Sequence record: MT135025.1
DNA: 64,000 bases
Strand: one strand, 5' to 3'
The first letter of the stretch is position 1; every line of letters starts with the position of its first letter. Below, in pieces: positions 1 through 10,481 of this stretch. The position numbers were made by a program, and so were the translations under genes. The notes beneath the pieces are model-generated. The model was not told the DNA's origin, did no database searches, and was given only the letters and a program-made list of their open reading frames with translations.

Positions 1-1
1 A

Positions 2-214
2 ACTGCACTTCTTCTAACTATGACTTTCTCTGCTGGTGCTTTCGCACACGGCTCAGGCGGTACGCTAGGTGGTAACCTTGGCATCGAAATGTGCAAAATC
101 GGAGCAATCAACTGCGGCTTCCCTAAACAAGAAGTTAAAGTTGAAAAAGAAGCACCAAAAGCTGAAAAGGCTGAGGTGAAAGAAGTTAAGCTGGCAACTG
201 ATCTGACAGCTTAA
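2..214 (+). CDS. 5'-partial small secreted protein
   Basis: Frame open from window start (TALLLTMTFSAGAFA, signal-peptide-like); followed by a terminator. Confidence 0.55.
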   Translation, partial: TALLLTMTFSAGAFAHGSGGTLGGNLGIEMCKIGAINCGFPKQEVKVEKEAPKAEKAEVKEVKLATDLTA

Positions 215-217
215 TTG

Positions 218-246
218 AAATGTGCAGATTCGTCTGCACATTTTGT
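218..246 (+). terminator. Rho-independent terminator
   Basis: aaatgtgcaga-ttcg-tctgcacatttt hairpin plus T run. Confidence 0.8.
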
Positions 247-275
247 TTAATAACGACTCATCGAGACATATACTA
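244..275 (+). promoter_or_regulatory. T4-like early promoter
   Basis: GTTTAA ... TATACT upstream of nadV. Confidence 0.55.
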
Positions 276-313
276 AAGTCTCACACAATCAAGCATAAAA
301 TGGGAGCCATACA

Positions 314-1807
314 ATGCTAAATCTTAATCAAAATATCGCAATCGCAACTGACAGTTACAAAGTTTCACACTGGTCTCAATTCCCTCGTGGTCTAGAGTAC
401 AGCCAATATTACGTCGAAAGCCGGGGTGGTAAGTTCGACAAAATTATGGTCGACGGTATGGCATACATGTGTCGTATTCTCGAAAAAGGTGTTTCGATGA
501 ACGATGTCAAGCGTGCGAAACGTCTGTTCAAAAAGCACTTCGGTTCTGAAGTCTTCAATGACAAGGGTTGGGACATCATCGTTAACGAACTGAAAGGCAA
601 ACTGCCTATTAAGATTCGTGCGGTCAAAGAAGGTACTGTAGTACCAGTTAAACACCCTATCTTGACGATTGAGAACACTGATCCACGTTTTGGTTGGCTG
701 CCTGGCTATCTTGAAACGTTCATCTTGCGTGCTCTTTGGTACCCGACGACTGTAGCAACGATCTCGTTCGAGGTGAAGAAAATCATTCGCCAATTCATGA
801 AGAAAACGGTTGATGATGAACGCATTGCAGAACAAGAGCCATTCAAACTTCACGACTTTGGTTCTCGTGGTGTATCAAGTGGCGAATCTGCGGCTATCGG
901 TGGCTCTGCTCACTTGAAAAACTTCTTGGGTACTGACACTGTAGAAGCACTTGTTGCAGTTGAAGAACTTTACGCTGAAGATGTTGAAGACTTCATTGCA
1001 GGATTCTCAATCCCTGCACGTGAACACTCAACAACTACAATCTACAAAGAAGCTGGTGAAGACCAAGCATTCTTGAACTCTATTGAGCAATGGGGTGCTG
1101 CATTATACGCTTGTGTAATGGACAGCTACGACTACGAAGCAGCAATGAATCGTGTCTCGACTGGTCGCTTCAAAGAGCTAATCATCAGCAAAGGCGGTAC
1201 GTTTGTTGCTCGTCCTGACTCTGGTGTGCCTGTAGATGTAGTAATGAAAGGTCTTGAGATTCTTGGTAAAAACGTTGGTTATACAATCAACAGCAAGGGT
1301 TACAAAGTATTGCACCCTAGCTACCGTATCATTCAAGGTGACGGCGTGAACATCGAAGAAATTCGTCGAATCTTGTCTTACATGGAAAGTAAAGGCTGGT
1401 CGGCAGAAAATATTGCATTCGGCATGGGTGGTGGGTTGCTTCAACAACTTGACCGTGATACTCAACGCTTTGCAATGAAAATGTCAGCGGCAATCATCAA
1501 CGGCGAATACGTTAGCGTGTTCAAAATGCCGAAGACTGATCCGACAAAAGCATCAAAAGCAGGTTTCTTGGATTTGATTGCAGTTGATGCAGACAATCCG
1601 AACCCAGCGGCTCGCGGTTACGTGACGTTCTCTTCTGAAGATTACGACAATCGCGTACACTCGAAAAGCGTGATGCAGACAATCTTCGAAGACGGTGTAA
1701 CAGTTGCCGACTTCTCACTAGAAGAAGCGCGTAAACTGTCTGACGTACAAGCTGATTTCCTGAACGAAGGTGAATGGAAAATCGCGAAAAAGATTCAAAC
1801 TGCGTAA
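314..1807 (+). CDS. nadV: Nicotinamide phosphoribosyltransferase (NAMPT)
   Basis: TDSYKVSH, LHDFGSRG, PAREHST, RPDSG, QGDG, FGMGGGLLQ motifs. Confidence 0.95.
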   Translation: MLNLNQNIAIATDSYKVSHWSQFPRGLEYSQYYVESRGGKFDKIMVDGMAYMCRILEKGVSMNDVKRAKRLFKKHFGSEVFNDKGWDIIVNELKGKLPIKIRAVKEGTVVPVKHPILTIENTDPRFGWLPGYLETFILRALWYPTTVATISFEVKKIIRQFMKKTVDDERIAEQEPFKLHDFGSRGVSSGESAAIGGSAHLKNFLGTDTVEALVAVEELYAEDVEDFIAGFSIPAREHSTTTIYKEAGEDQAFLNSIEQWGAALYACVMDSYDYEAAMNRVSTGRFKELIISKGGTFVARPDSGVPVDVVMKGLEILGKNVGYTINSKGYKVLHPSYRIIQGDGVNIEEIRRILSYMESKGWSAENIAFGMGGGLLQQLDRDTQRFAMKMSAAIINGEYVSVFKMPKTDPTKASKAGFLDLIAVDADNPNPAARGYVTFSSEDYDNRVHSKSVMQTIFEDGVTVADFSLEEARKLSDVQADFLNEGEWKIAKKIQTA

Positions 1808-1839
1808 AACGTGACATTGTTCACTAAAAATCGTAAATT

Positions 1840-1866
1840 TAGGGTTGCTTCGGCAGCCCTTTTTTC
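1840..1866 (+). terminator. Terminator overlapping a sigma70-type promoter
   Basis: agggttgc-ttcg-gcagccct + T6; TTGCTT-N17-TATTAT overlaps it. Confidence 0.75.
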
Positions 1867-1914
1867 GTATTATAGCTACATCGAAACGACATCGACTAAC
1901 AAAGAGAGAATATT

Positions 1915-2244
1915 ATGCAACTAACTACTAACATGACTAAATCGCAAAAAACTAAAGTTGTTGAAGGTTTCAACTTCGAGCGTGAAACAGGTCAAAGTCA
2001 ATACAAATACCGTAACGGTACTTACAACATGGAAGGTGGTGATGTTGCACGTCGTTTCAATCTAATGTCGCAGCTAGTAACCGGTAAGCCAACTATCCCG
2101 GCAGAAGCCACAGTCGCTGATTTTGATAAAATCATTCTTATGCAAACTGTAACAGATCAGTTCTTCACAATGGGCGCGAATCGACGAATCTCTAAAGAAG
2201 AATCTGACGAATTTGGCAAATTAGCACTTGCACACTTCGCTTAA
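1915..2244 (+). CDS. Hypothetical protein
   Basis: ORF with GAGAGAA RBS. Confidence 0.8.
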   Translation: MQLTTNMTKSQKTKVVEGFNFERETGQSQYKYRNGTYNMEGGDVARRFNLMSQLVTGKPTIPAEATVADFDKIILMQTVTDQFFTMGANRRISKEESDEFGKLALAHFA

Positions 2245-2285
2245 TTCGTTTAGAATACTCACATCAACTGAGAAGAGAGAACATT

Positions 2286-2528
2286 ATGAAAGCAACTATC
2301 CCACAACTTAAAAAGAAAATCAATTCACTTGCTGACAAATACGGTTACGCTTTTGATAAAAACGCACCGTACTACGTAAACGACGGTCGCATCAAAGCAA
2401 TCGAAGCTGCCATCATTACTGTCAAAGAAGACGGTGAAGCGAATCCAACTCGTCGCTACGAAATCAGCGAAAAGCAGCTTGTATCATTGAACAATTGGGT
2501 TCGTGATTTGAAACGCAAATATCTTTGA
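2286..2528 (+). CDS. Hypothetical protein
   Basis: ORF with GAGAGAA RBS. Confidence 0.8.
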   Translation: MKATIPQLKKKINSLADKYGYAFDKNAPYYVNDGRIKAIEAAIITVKEDGEANPTRRYEISEKQLVSLNNWVRDLKRKYL

Positions 2529-2534
2529 GGTAGA

Positions 2535-2774
2535 ATGTACGCAATAAAAGCAACAAGTCATTTCGTTCAATTCGTTCTAAAGAGCGTGAGCGTAAATGGC
2601 TTCCCGAAATACGTGCCAATGTATACGTTTAATTTGGGAATCATAACAACATTCGCAACTCTTGAAGAATGTCAAAAGTTCATCGACGAGTACGATCCCA
2701 ACCCCGACGCATGTCTTCCATGGCGTGCATATAAACTACACGAACTTGAAATCGCTCAACTGGAGACAAAATAA
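2535..2774 (+). CDS. Hypothetical protein
   Basis: GAGG RBS, coupled to next gene. Confidence 0.75.
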   Translation: MYAIKATSHFVQFVLKSVSVNGFPKYVPMYTFNLGIITTFATLEECQKFIDEYDPNPDACLPWRAYKLHELEIAQLETK

Positions 2775-4042
2775 TGGGTTCATTTAACACTACTTGCGCA
2801 ATCACTCGTACGCCAATTCAAGAAGGTGGTCTTGCGCGTGTCTTTTTCTTAGAAATGGACGCATTTGCAACAAACTATTACGGTCGTCAAGGTCTGTTTA
2901 AGAACATCATGATGGGATGTGGTTGCTACCCGTGGGATAACTTCAAGATCATCGGTTACCCTTTGCTTGGCAAATATGCTGATTACAACAATTACGAGTT
3001 TGAAGATGCAGATATGGCTAATATGACGCTGGCTGCAATCAACAAACGATACGTACCAAATCGAGTAGCTGAAGGCAAGACGCTTGAAGATTACAATGAA
3101 TATCATGATTACATGGAAATCGACGAGATTTCAGACATGAGTCAGCTTCAAGATATGGAACACAGTGGTTCGCTTCGAGTTAAAGGTGCGCATGGTAATG
3201 TAACTGCGGTTGTTAAAATGGCAATGCATGAAGAAGTGTACCAAATGATGCTTGAAGGTAACGTGACTGAGGGTTGGGGTGATGATGCGAAGACATATTC
3301 ATTTGCCGACGATTTGAAACGTCTCACAGATAAGTATAGTGGTTCAGTATCAGGTTTTGATGCATTAACCGAGCAACAACAGAAGCGAATGAATGACATG
3401 CGTGATGAGCTTTACGCTAAGGCTGACGCGGGCGAAATCAATGAACGCACTGGCGAACCATATACTCGTGAAGAGGCTGATAAGAGCTTCAACCAAATGG
3501 TTGAATGGCTTGCTGAAGACCGTATTGAGCTTGGCGGCGAACGCGCTGAATGGTTTGCACATTCATCACATAACCGAGACATGGCAGATCTTAAAGACAA
3601 TCAAGAACTAGTTCGCAAACTAGCTGAAGCAGTCGTCGGTGCAAAATGGTGTGCTCGTTGGATGATGTGCAATAACTATGAATTCGCGCCAGTGATGACA
3701 TGCGGTCAAGATTACGATACTGCTTCTCATGCGTCGCGTCTTCGTAAGCTTGCAGACATCATTGAATCGAAGAAAAACAAATATCACTACGAAGAGCACG
3801 TTGAACTTGATGTAGTTCGTTATGAGCGCGTTGAACTATCTCTGAGTAATCTGAAAGAGCGTTTTGCTGATTGGTACGATGAAGGTGATGAAGAATACCA
3901 AAATTTACTGTCAGCGATTGAAAGTGTAAAAGAACAATCAAGCTTTGTTTACGGTGATGGTTCTATTTTCGATAAATTCATTGAAGAATACGACGTTCTA
4001 CGTGATGTTGAAGAAAATACACAAATTCATTTCAAAAAGTAG
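2774..4042 (+). CDS. Hypothetical acidic protein
   Basis: 422-aa ORF; N-terminal MGSFNTTCAIT. Confidence 0.85.
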   Translation: MGSFNTTCAITRTPIQEGGLARVFFLEMDAFATNYYGRQGLFKNIMMGCGCYPWDNFKIIGYPLLGKYADYNNYEFEDADMANMTLAAINKRYVPNRVAEGKTLEDYNEYHDYMEIDEISDMSQLQDMEHSGSLRVKGAHGNVTAVVKMAMHEEVYQMMLEGNVTEGWGDDAKTYSFADDLKRLTDKYSGSVSGFDALTEQQQKRMNDMRDELYAKADAGEINERTGEPYTREEADKSFNQMVEWLAEDRIELGGERAEWFAHSSHNRDMADLKDNQELVRKLAEAVVGAKWCARWMMCNNYEFAPVMTCGQDYDTASHASRLRKLADIIESKKNKYHYEEHVELDVVRYERVELSLSNLKERFADWYDEGDEEYQNLLSAIESVKEQSSFVYGDGSIFDKFIEEYDVLRDVEENTQIHFKK

Positions 4043-4102
4043 TTGACAGAGCGTGTGAGTGGCTGTAATATGTCACTCAACGCCTAACGAGAGAACAATA
4101 TT

Positions 4103-4363
4103 ATGAAAGATGAAATTACGCTGCACATTAAGAATCATTGGTTGCACCGTCGCGCATATTTCGTACTTTACAATAAACCGATGAAATTCAGAAAGAAAGC
4201 ATTAGCTGAGTGGGAAGAAAAACGCAGTGAATTCTGGTACGTTGTCAAACGTCTTAATCCTGAGTTTTTCGCACAATGTCCTGACGGTATGCAACCGTAC
4301 TTGACTTGCGTACCAACCCCGCGCAATGGTTCACAATACTTCTACATCAAATTTGACAAATAA
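4103..4363 (+). CDS. Hypothetical protein
   Basis: TTGACA-N17-TAATAT promoter and RBS upstream. Confidence 0.75.
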   Translation: MKDEITLHIKNHWLHRRAYFVLYNKPMKFRKKALAEWEEKRSEFWYVVKRLNPEFFAQCPDGMQPYLTCVPTPRNGSQYFYIKFDK

Positions 4364-4374
4364 GAGAGAACAAC

Positions 4375-5094
4375 ATGAAAAAATTAATCGCAATCGTAGC
4401 ACTAGCAGCATCTGTAGCAATGACTGGCTGTACTGACACCATTGACAATTCAGCAACTGATCAGCTAAAAGCAGCTATGCCAGTTCTTTCTCAAACTGAA
4501 AAAGACATGCTGAACGTATTCGCTGCTCCGAACTTCTTGAGCCGTTACGACAACATGTATGCAGAAGTTGTCAAGAATCGCGTACACTTCGGTCAGAAGC
4601 CGATCCCTCGTGCCGATACAGAAGTTCCTTTCTGTGATGTAATCGACGCTGTAATCGCAGCAGAGCGCGAAAACAATCTAACAGAACGTGATTACTCACT
4701 GAGTAATCAATGGAAGATGAAATACGGCATCACACTTCTTGAGCAATGTAATCAATCAGACCGTGCTCGTATTGAAATGCAGATCGCTAAAGCAAAAGCC
4801 GATGCTGAAGCAGCTAAAGATCGCGTAATCATCGAAGAACAAGAATTCAGCAAGAAAGAAATCAAAGCTGAGAAAATCATCGAAGACACCGTTGTAATCA
4901 AAGATGATGTGCTACTATCACCTGAACTTGTTCGTGAACTACGTGGCTCAGTTAAAGACTGTAATCGCGCTAAAGTCAAGCTAATGAGTGTAGTTGATGC
5001 TGGTGAGCAGCTAACTACAAAGCACTACGACGAAGTTAAAGGTCTAGTTCTACAGTGTGAAATGTTGAAACTAGAAGTCGAACTCAACAAATAA
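4375..5094 (+). CDS. Lipoprotein
   Basis: Signal peptide with lipobox-like VAMTGC. Confidence 0.75.
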   Translation: MKKLIAIVALAASVAMTGCTDTIDNSATDQLKAAMPVLSQTEKDMLNVFAAPNFLSRYDNMYAEVVKNRVHFGQKPIPRADTEVPFCDVIDAVIAAERENNLTERDYSLSNQWKMKYGITLLEQCNQSDRARIEMQIAKAKADAEAAKDRVIIEEQEFSKKEIKAEKIIEDTVVIKDDVLLSPELVRELRGSVKDCNRAKVKLMSVVDAGEQLTTKHYDEVKGLVLQCEMLKLEVELNK

Positions 5095-5105
5095 CATGAC
5101 TTGAA

Positions 5106-5132
5106 TAAAAAAGCCCCAATTAAGGGGCTTTT
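5106..5132. terminator. Bidirectional terminator
   Basis: aaaaaagcccc-aattaa-ggggcttttt between convergent genes. Confidence 0.85.
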
Positions 5133-5137
5133 TCGTT

Positions 5138-6190
5138 TCAGTTTACCATTTTGATTTGAATTTGATTGTCCATGTAAGCCATTTTCTTTTCAAATTCAAC
5201 ATCATATTCTGGTCGATGTTCGTATTCGACTGAAAGCATTTGCTTCAGACAACGGTACAATTCCGACTTGTAATACCCTTCTTTCATTCCCTTCATCTGT
5301 TCATATTGCTTTTTCATAGCAGCTTTGATTATCTTCGGGTCCATGAATTTGATTGACATTTCTCGCGGTGCTTTTACTGTTCCAAAGTCAACAAACACCT
5401 GAGCCTTTTCTGCTACTTGAATGAAGTCATAAATCGTGTCATAACTCATTCGACTTAGCGTGTGGTGCATACAAACATGTTTGCTATGTTCTTTTAGCAA
5501 CGGTACATTTGCAAGCATCAAGTCGTGGTCGATGTTCTGACGAATGTATTCGTTTCGCTCTTTTCCGCCGTCACATGAAATTGTAAACACTAGACGATGT
5601 TTGTACTTTTTACATATGGCTAGAATCTTCTTCGCAAGTGGCGTATGCAACACAGTACCATTTGTCAGAATGTAAACTTCCGCATTTGTTTCTTCCATGA
5701 CTTCAGTCAGAACTTCGACTGTTCTCTTGTCCATGAACGGTTCGCCGCCGTATAGCACAACAGTTTCAACACCCTTCGGGATACTGAAATCGAGTTGTGT
5801 GTAATCGTAGTGGTCGTCAATGTCATACAAGTCCATGTATGTTTTGCTATTCTTGCCATAGCACATTCGACACGCTAGGTTACATTTGTTTGACATCAAT
5901 ATTTGAATTGTTCTAGGATGCTCTTCGAGTGCTTCATATTCGAAGTACTTCTGATCAGACAATTCGCCATAACTCATGCATTCTTTGCAGTATTCTGGTA
6001 AAGTGTCATACTCAAACATTTTGGCACGATGTTCATTGATTATGTCACTGTGCCACCAGTCTTCAACGTTCGGGAATGGTTCACTTAGCTGAGAACAGCA
6101 AATGTGATACCCATCCGGTTTTGCGTCACGTGTATTAAAGGGAGAGCCACAAAGTGGTCTCTTCCCGTCTTTAAATCCGAATTTATCCAT
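5138..6190 (-). CDS. Radical SAM protein with N-terminal Cys-rich (twitch/SPASM-like) region
   Basis: CNLACRMC (CxxxCxxC), GGEPF; N-terminal CGSPF, CC, CKEC. Confidence 0.85.
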   Translation of the reverse strand: MDKFGFKDGKRPLCGSPFNTRDAKPDGYHICCSQLSEPFPNVEDWWHSDIINEHRAKMFEYDTLPEYCKECMSYGELSDQKYFEYEALEEHPRTIQILMSNKCNLACRMCYGKNSKTYMDLYDIDDHYDYTQLDFSIPKGVETVVLYGGEPFMDKRTVEVLTEVMEETNAEVYILTNGTVLHTPLAKKILAICKKYKHRLVFTISCDGGKERNEYIRQNIDHDLMLANVPLLKEHSKHVCMHHTLSRMSYDTIYDFIQVAEKAQVFVDFGTVKAPREMSIKFMDPKIIKAAMKKQYEQMKGMKEGYYKSELYRCLKQMLSVEYEHRPEYDVEFEKKMAYMDNQIQIKMVN

Positions 6191-6462
6191 TAATCTAGCT
6201 CATCAAGAAGTGATTGAAATTCTTCGTCGCGTTCAGCGTCGATTGTACCAGTCATCAACTCTGTTAGAGTCTTCAACGACTTGATCTCTGGTGGTTGAGG
6301 GCGTAGATCTTCGAGAATGTGAATGATTGACTCGACCGGGAGATCGTGATTTACAATCTCGTCTGGCAGGTGGTGTTTGTAAACGCAGTCGTCGCCCCAA
6401 TCAATAACTACTGCATGTTCCCATTTGTCGATTTCTAGTATTTTAAAATTTGGTTTCATCAT
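6190..6462 (-). CDS. Hypothetical protein
   Basis: Translationally coupled between GT and radical SAM genes. Confidence 0.75.
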   Translation of the reverse strand: MMKPNFKILEIDKWEHAVVIDWGDDCVYKHHLPDEIVNHDLPVESIIHILEDLRPQPPEIKSLKTLTELMTGTIDAERDEEFQSLLDELD

Positions 6463-7460
6463 AAGCCCCAGAGTTCTTTCCAATGTGTTTTAGCATCTTG
6501 TCGATACTTCTCAATGTCAAATTTTTGATATTTCTGTTCGATTGCATCATCAATGACGCGGATCAACGTATCATTGTTTATATCAGCACGAATCACTGGG
6601 AAAATAAAATCCCTTGTGTAAGGTGCGTCATGCTGAACAATACAAGGTATGTACTGACATGCTTCTAATAACGCATATGGCATAATCTCGATTCTAGACA
6701 TATGAAGCAAAACTTTACTTTTCATCATATGTGCTATGACTCGCTCACGCCGCTGACAAGTTTCGACTATACAATCAACACCATTCGGGATTCTTATTGA
6801 TTCGGTTGTGAATAGACGAATTTTAAGACCGCTGTATGCAAGCGCGTTTAGCATTTCGGGTATCTGCTTACGTTTGTATGCACCTGACACGATAATCACG
6901 TCAGACTCTTCAGCAGCGTCAATATCAGCTTGTGATATGGACGGAAGCTCAAAAGGTTCAAATGCAGTCACATGTTTGCCACCGATTACTTCTCGACCCC
7001 ATTGTGCAATCCCGTTCGATTGAGCAATGTTAGTGACTAATGACGTTGACATCATGTGTCGCCATTGAGGTAAGTTGTAAATTTGATGAATGTCCATGTA
7101 TTCGCGATATGAATCTGGTACTATCAAGTCACCGAAATGATGTTGGTTGTAACAACGGCGCTTCGCTTCGATACATGCGCGGAGTGCTTCATATGAATGC
7201 GTATAGATAATCGCTTCGCTATCAATCGCGTTGATAACCATTGCGTTTGCCTTGTAGTCTTTATAAGACCGTTTCGTTAAAATGAAGTCACACCCGAAAT
7301 CCCATTTACTCACGTGTGGACACGATTCGTCTCCGAGTACAATAACTTTGACATCACAGTTTAGTGATTGCATTAAACGAACGTGATCTTGAATGAATGT
7401 GTAAATACCGCCGCCAATTCCCAACATAAAGTCAGTTACTACGTAGCGAACTTTTTTCAT
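6459..7460 (-). CDS. GT-B fold glycosyltransferase (family 1/4-like)
   Basis: N-terminal GGG loop; EIMPYALLEA acceptor-side signature. Confidence 0.7.
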   Translation of the reverse strand: MKKVRYVVTDFMLGIGGGIYTFIQDHVRLMQSLNCDVKVIVLGDESCPHVSKWDFGCDFILTKRSYKDYKANAMVINAIDSEAIIYTHSYEALRACIEAKRRCYNQHHFGDLIVPDSYREYMDIHQIYNLPQWRHMMSTSLVTNIAQSNGIAQWGREVIGGKHVTAFEPFELPSISQADIDAAEESDVIIVSGAYKRKQIPEMLNALAYSGLKIRLFTTESIRIPNGVDCIVETCQRRERVIAHMMKSKVLLHMSRIEIMPYALLEACQYIPCIVQHDAPYTRDFIFPVIRADINNDTLIRVIDDAIEQKYQKFDIEKYRQDAKTHWKELWGL

Positions 7461-7529
7461 AAAAAGTGTTGACTCCTACTGTGTTTGTCTGTAGACTAAT
7501 TGTATCTCAAGCAGAATGGGAATTAAACA

Positions 7530-7736
7530 ATGCGACTATTATCTCAAGACTTAGTTCGCTTGCGTGTAGAAGAGCTACCGTTCGTGAATTTAAGTGTTGA
7601 AACGCAGATCAAAATATGCGATTATCTCAACACTCTAGATGATGAGACTATTTACTCGCTTGAGAAGCATACTGAGACACCGCAAGGTGCAAGAAAACTA
7701 TTAAACTTTCTATTAAAGAAGATTGGAGACACATAA
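7530..7736 (+). CDS. Hypothetical protein
   Basis: TTGACT...TAGACT promoter and RBS upstream. Confidence 0.65.
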   Translation: MRLLSQDLVRLRVEELPFVNLSVETQIKICDYLNTLDDETIYSLEKHTETPQGARKLLNFLLKKIGDT

Positions 7737-7737
7737 T

Positions 7738-8214
7738 ATGGCATATGAATCAGTTTTTAACGGTACAAACCGTTACAAAGTTCTACGTGAAGGTCGTGAA
7801 TACATCAACAAAGTTGCACATCGTCATGGAGCAGTTGACAAAGGTATTTACGTCACTATGGACTATCACGTGATTGATCGCATCATGGATCATTCGTTCC
7901 CTGCACGTGTATTTGAAATCATCGTTGGTCGATTGATCAAAAATCACCAAGACGAGATTTTGAAAATCGCGAATATGCCAGCAGAAGAACGACCGAAGCA
8001 CATCAATGTGTACGGCAACAAGCCAGATTCGCCGTACATGGTTGGCATTACAATCAACAAAGCGCAAACAGGTAAAGTTTATGTGAACTTGAGAACGTGC
8101 TATAAAGAACGCAACAGCAAATACCGTCAACGCATCATCGAAGCATACAAGATTCGTGTAAAATCTTCTTCAGAACTTGAAGGCGCAGAAAGTGAGGTTG
8201 ATTCAGATCAATAA
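7738..8214 (+). CDS. Hypothetical protein
   Basis: GGAG RBS before ATG at 7738. Confidence 0.75.
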   Translation: MAYESVFNGTNRYKVLREGREYINKVAHRHGAVDKGIYVTMDYHVIDRIMDHSFPARVFEIIVGRLIKNHQDEILKIANMPAEERPKHINVYGNKPDSPYMVGITINKAQTGKVYVNLRTCYKERNSKYRQRIIEAYKIRVKSSSELEGAESEVDSDQ

Positions 8215-8243
8215 ATAGAAAACAATTAACAAACGAGGGAATT

Positions 8244-10472
8244 TTGATGCTTGTAGTGAAGTCTTCTGGCATTACAGAAGAATTTGAAGAAAGTAAATTG
8301 ATGCGCGTACTTAGTGACGCATGTAAGAATACGACAATTGATCCACATCAATTACTTGCCCGCGTGAAAGCTCAACTTAGCGACGGGATGACGAGCAAAG
8401 ACATTCAAAAGGCAGCGATCAAAATCGCTGCCGATAGCATTTCAGTAGAAGAGCCAGATTATCAATACGTCGCGGCTCGACTGGCTATGTATGGTCTTCG
8501 CAAAGATGTATATGGTCAATTCGACCCTATTCCATTCAAACAACTCATTGAAAGAAACACTGCAATCGAAGTTTACGATTCCGAGATTCTTGAAAAATGG
8601 TCAGACTCAGAACTAGAATACCTGGAATCTCAAGTCAAGCATGAGCGCGACTTTGATTTTGCGTATGCAGGTGTAATGCAATTCAAAGAAAAATACTTGT
8701 GCAAAAACCGTGGTACTGGTGCGATTTACGAAACACCGCAATATGCTTACATGCTCATTGCTATGTGTTTGCACCAAGAAGAGAAATACGACCGATTAAA
8801 GCACGTTATTGACTTTTATAACGCTGTTTCAACTCAAAAACTTTCGCTACCTACACCGATTATGGCAGGCGTTCGTACCCCGACACGTCAATTTAGCTCG
8901 TGTGTGAAAATCGAATCTGGCGATTCGCTGCGTTCGATCAACAAGGTATCTGAAGCTATCGTTGATTACATTAGTAAACGTGCGGGTATTGGCGTAAACG
9001 GTGGTGCAATTCGAGCAGAGGGTTCGGTTGTACGTGCGGGTGAAATTCGTCACACTGGCGTAATTCCTTTCTGGAAACACTTTCAGACTGCGGTTAAATC
9101 GTGTTCTCAAGGTGGTGTACGTGGCGGTGCTGCGACTCTGACTTACCCGATCTGGCACTTAGAAGTAGAAAAGCTTCTTGTTCTGAAGAACAACAAAGGT
9201 GTTGAAGAGAACCGTATTCGTCATCTTGACTACAGCGTATCAATTAACCGATTGATGATGCAACGCCTGGTTAATAACGAGTACATCACGCTATTCAGCC
9301 CCGATGAGCGTCACGGTGCGCTTTACGGTGAGTATCACACAAACCCAGAAGAGTTTGAGCGTCTTTACCTAGAGCTTGAAGCTGATCCGAAAGTGCGCAA
9401 GAAACGCATCAAGGCAACTGAACTATTCAGTATCTTTGGTCAAGAGCGTTCAAGTACGGGTCGTATCTACCCGATCTTCGTAGATAACTTGAATGCACAG
9501 TCACCGTACATCGAAGCGATCAAGCAATCTAACTTGTGTATGGAAATCGCGCTACCGACGTACCCGCTTGGTACTTCATATGAAGAAATCGCACTTTGTA
9601 CGCTTGCTGCTTACAACTTAGGTGCAATCGAATCGCCGAGTGAATTTGCTCGACTGGCGCCAATCGTTATTCGTGCGCTTGATAATCTACTAGATTACCA
9701 AGATTATCCAGTAGAAGCCGCTGAAAAAGCAAAATATCGTCGCGCATTGGGTATCGGTATCACTAACTTTGCATATTTCTTGGCAAAGAACTTCGTTGGA
9801 TACGACTCATCAGCTAAGTATCTCGTGCATGAATGGATGGAAGCAATGTCTTACTACAACATTCAAGCATCAATGATGTTAGCAAAAGAGCGTGGCGCGA
9901 ACAAATGGCATCGTAAGACGCGCTGGGCTAAAGGTCAGTTGCCAATTGACTGGTACAATAAAAATGTTGATAAGCTTGTCAAGCCGAATTATAATCTAGA
10001 CTGGGAAGCACTTCGCGCTGACGTAATTCGTTACGGTATGCGAAATGACACCACTTCAGCTTTCATGCCATGTGAAAGTAGTTCTCAGATTAGCAACAGC
10101 ACGAACGGTATTGAGCCACCACGTGGTCTAGTATCGACTAAGCAATCAAAAGATGGCGTTTTCAACCAAGTTGTGCCTGAAGTTGACTTGCTGAAAGATG
10201 AATACGGACTTGCGTGGAAAGTTTGTGAGAAAGATAACTTTGGTTATCTGACGCTAGTTGCAATCATGCAGAAGTTTGTTGATCAAAGCATTTCAGCGAA
10301 CCAATATTACGATCCTTCTAAATTCCCAAATGGGAAGATTCCGATGGAACGTATTTTTGAAGAACTAGCGTTCTGTAGCCATTACGGTATCAAGACTCTT
10401 TATTATTCTAACACTCGTGACGGTGCTGACGGCACTGAAGACGGGGAAGATTGTGATGGGTGCAAAGTTTAA
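8244..10472 (+). CDS. nrdA: Class Ia ribonucleotide reductase alpha subunit
   Basis: ATP cone, PTPIMAG, QFSSC, QSNLCMEI, TLYY, C-terminal CxxC. Confidence 0.97.
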   Translation: MMLVVKSSGITEEFEESKLMRVLSDACKNTTIDPHQLLARVKAQLSDGMTSKDIQKAAIKIAADSISVEEPDYQYVAARLAMYGLRKDVYGQFDPIPFKQLIERNTAIEVYDSEILEKWSDSELEYLESQVKHERDFDFAYAGVMQFKEKYLCKNRGTGAIYETPQYAYMLIAMCLHQEEKYDRLKHVIDFYNAVSTQKLSLPTPIMAGVRTPTRQFSSCVKIESGDSLRSINKVSEAIVDYISKRAGIGVNGGAIRAEGSVVRAGEIRHTGVIPFWKHFQTAVKSCSQGGVRGGAATLTYPIWHLEVEKLLVLKNNKGVEENRIRHLDYSVSINRLMMQRLVNNEYITLFSPDERHGALYGEYHTNPEEFERLYLELEADPKVRKKRIKATELFSIFGQERSSTGRIYPIFVDNLNAQSPYIEAIKQSNLCMEIALPTYPLGTSYEEIALCTLAAYNLGAIESPSEFARLAPIVIRALDNLLDYQDYPVEAAEKAKYRRALGIGITNFAYFLAKNFVGYDSSAKYLVHEWMEAMSYYNIQASMMLAKERGANKWHRKTRWAKGQLPIDWYNKNVDKLVKPNYNLDWEALRADVIRYGMRNDTTSAFMPCESSSQISNSTNGIEPPRGLVSTKQSKDGVFNQVVPEVDLLKDEYGLAWKVCEKDNFGYLTLVAIMQKFVDQSISANQYYDPSKFPNGKIPMERIFEELAFCSHYGIKTLYYSNTRDGADGTEDGEDCDGCKV

Positions 10473-10481
10473 GGTAGATAC

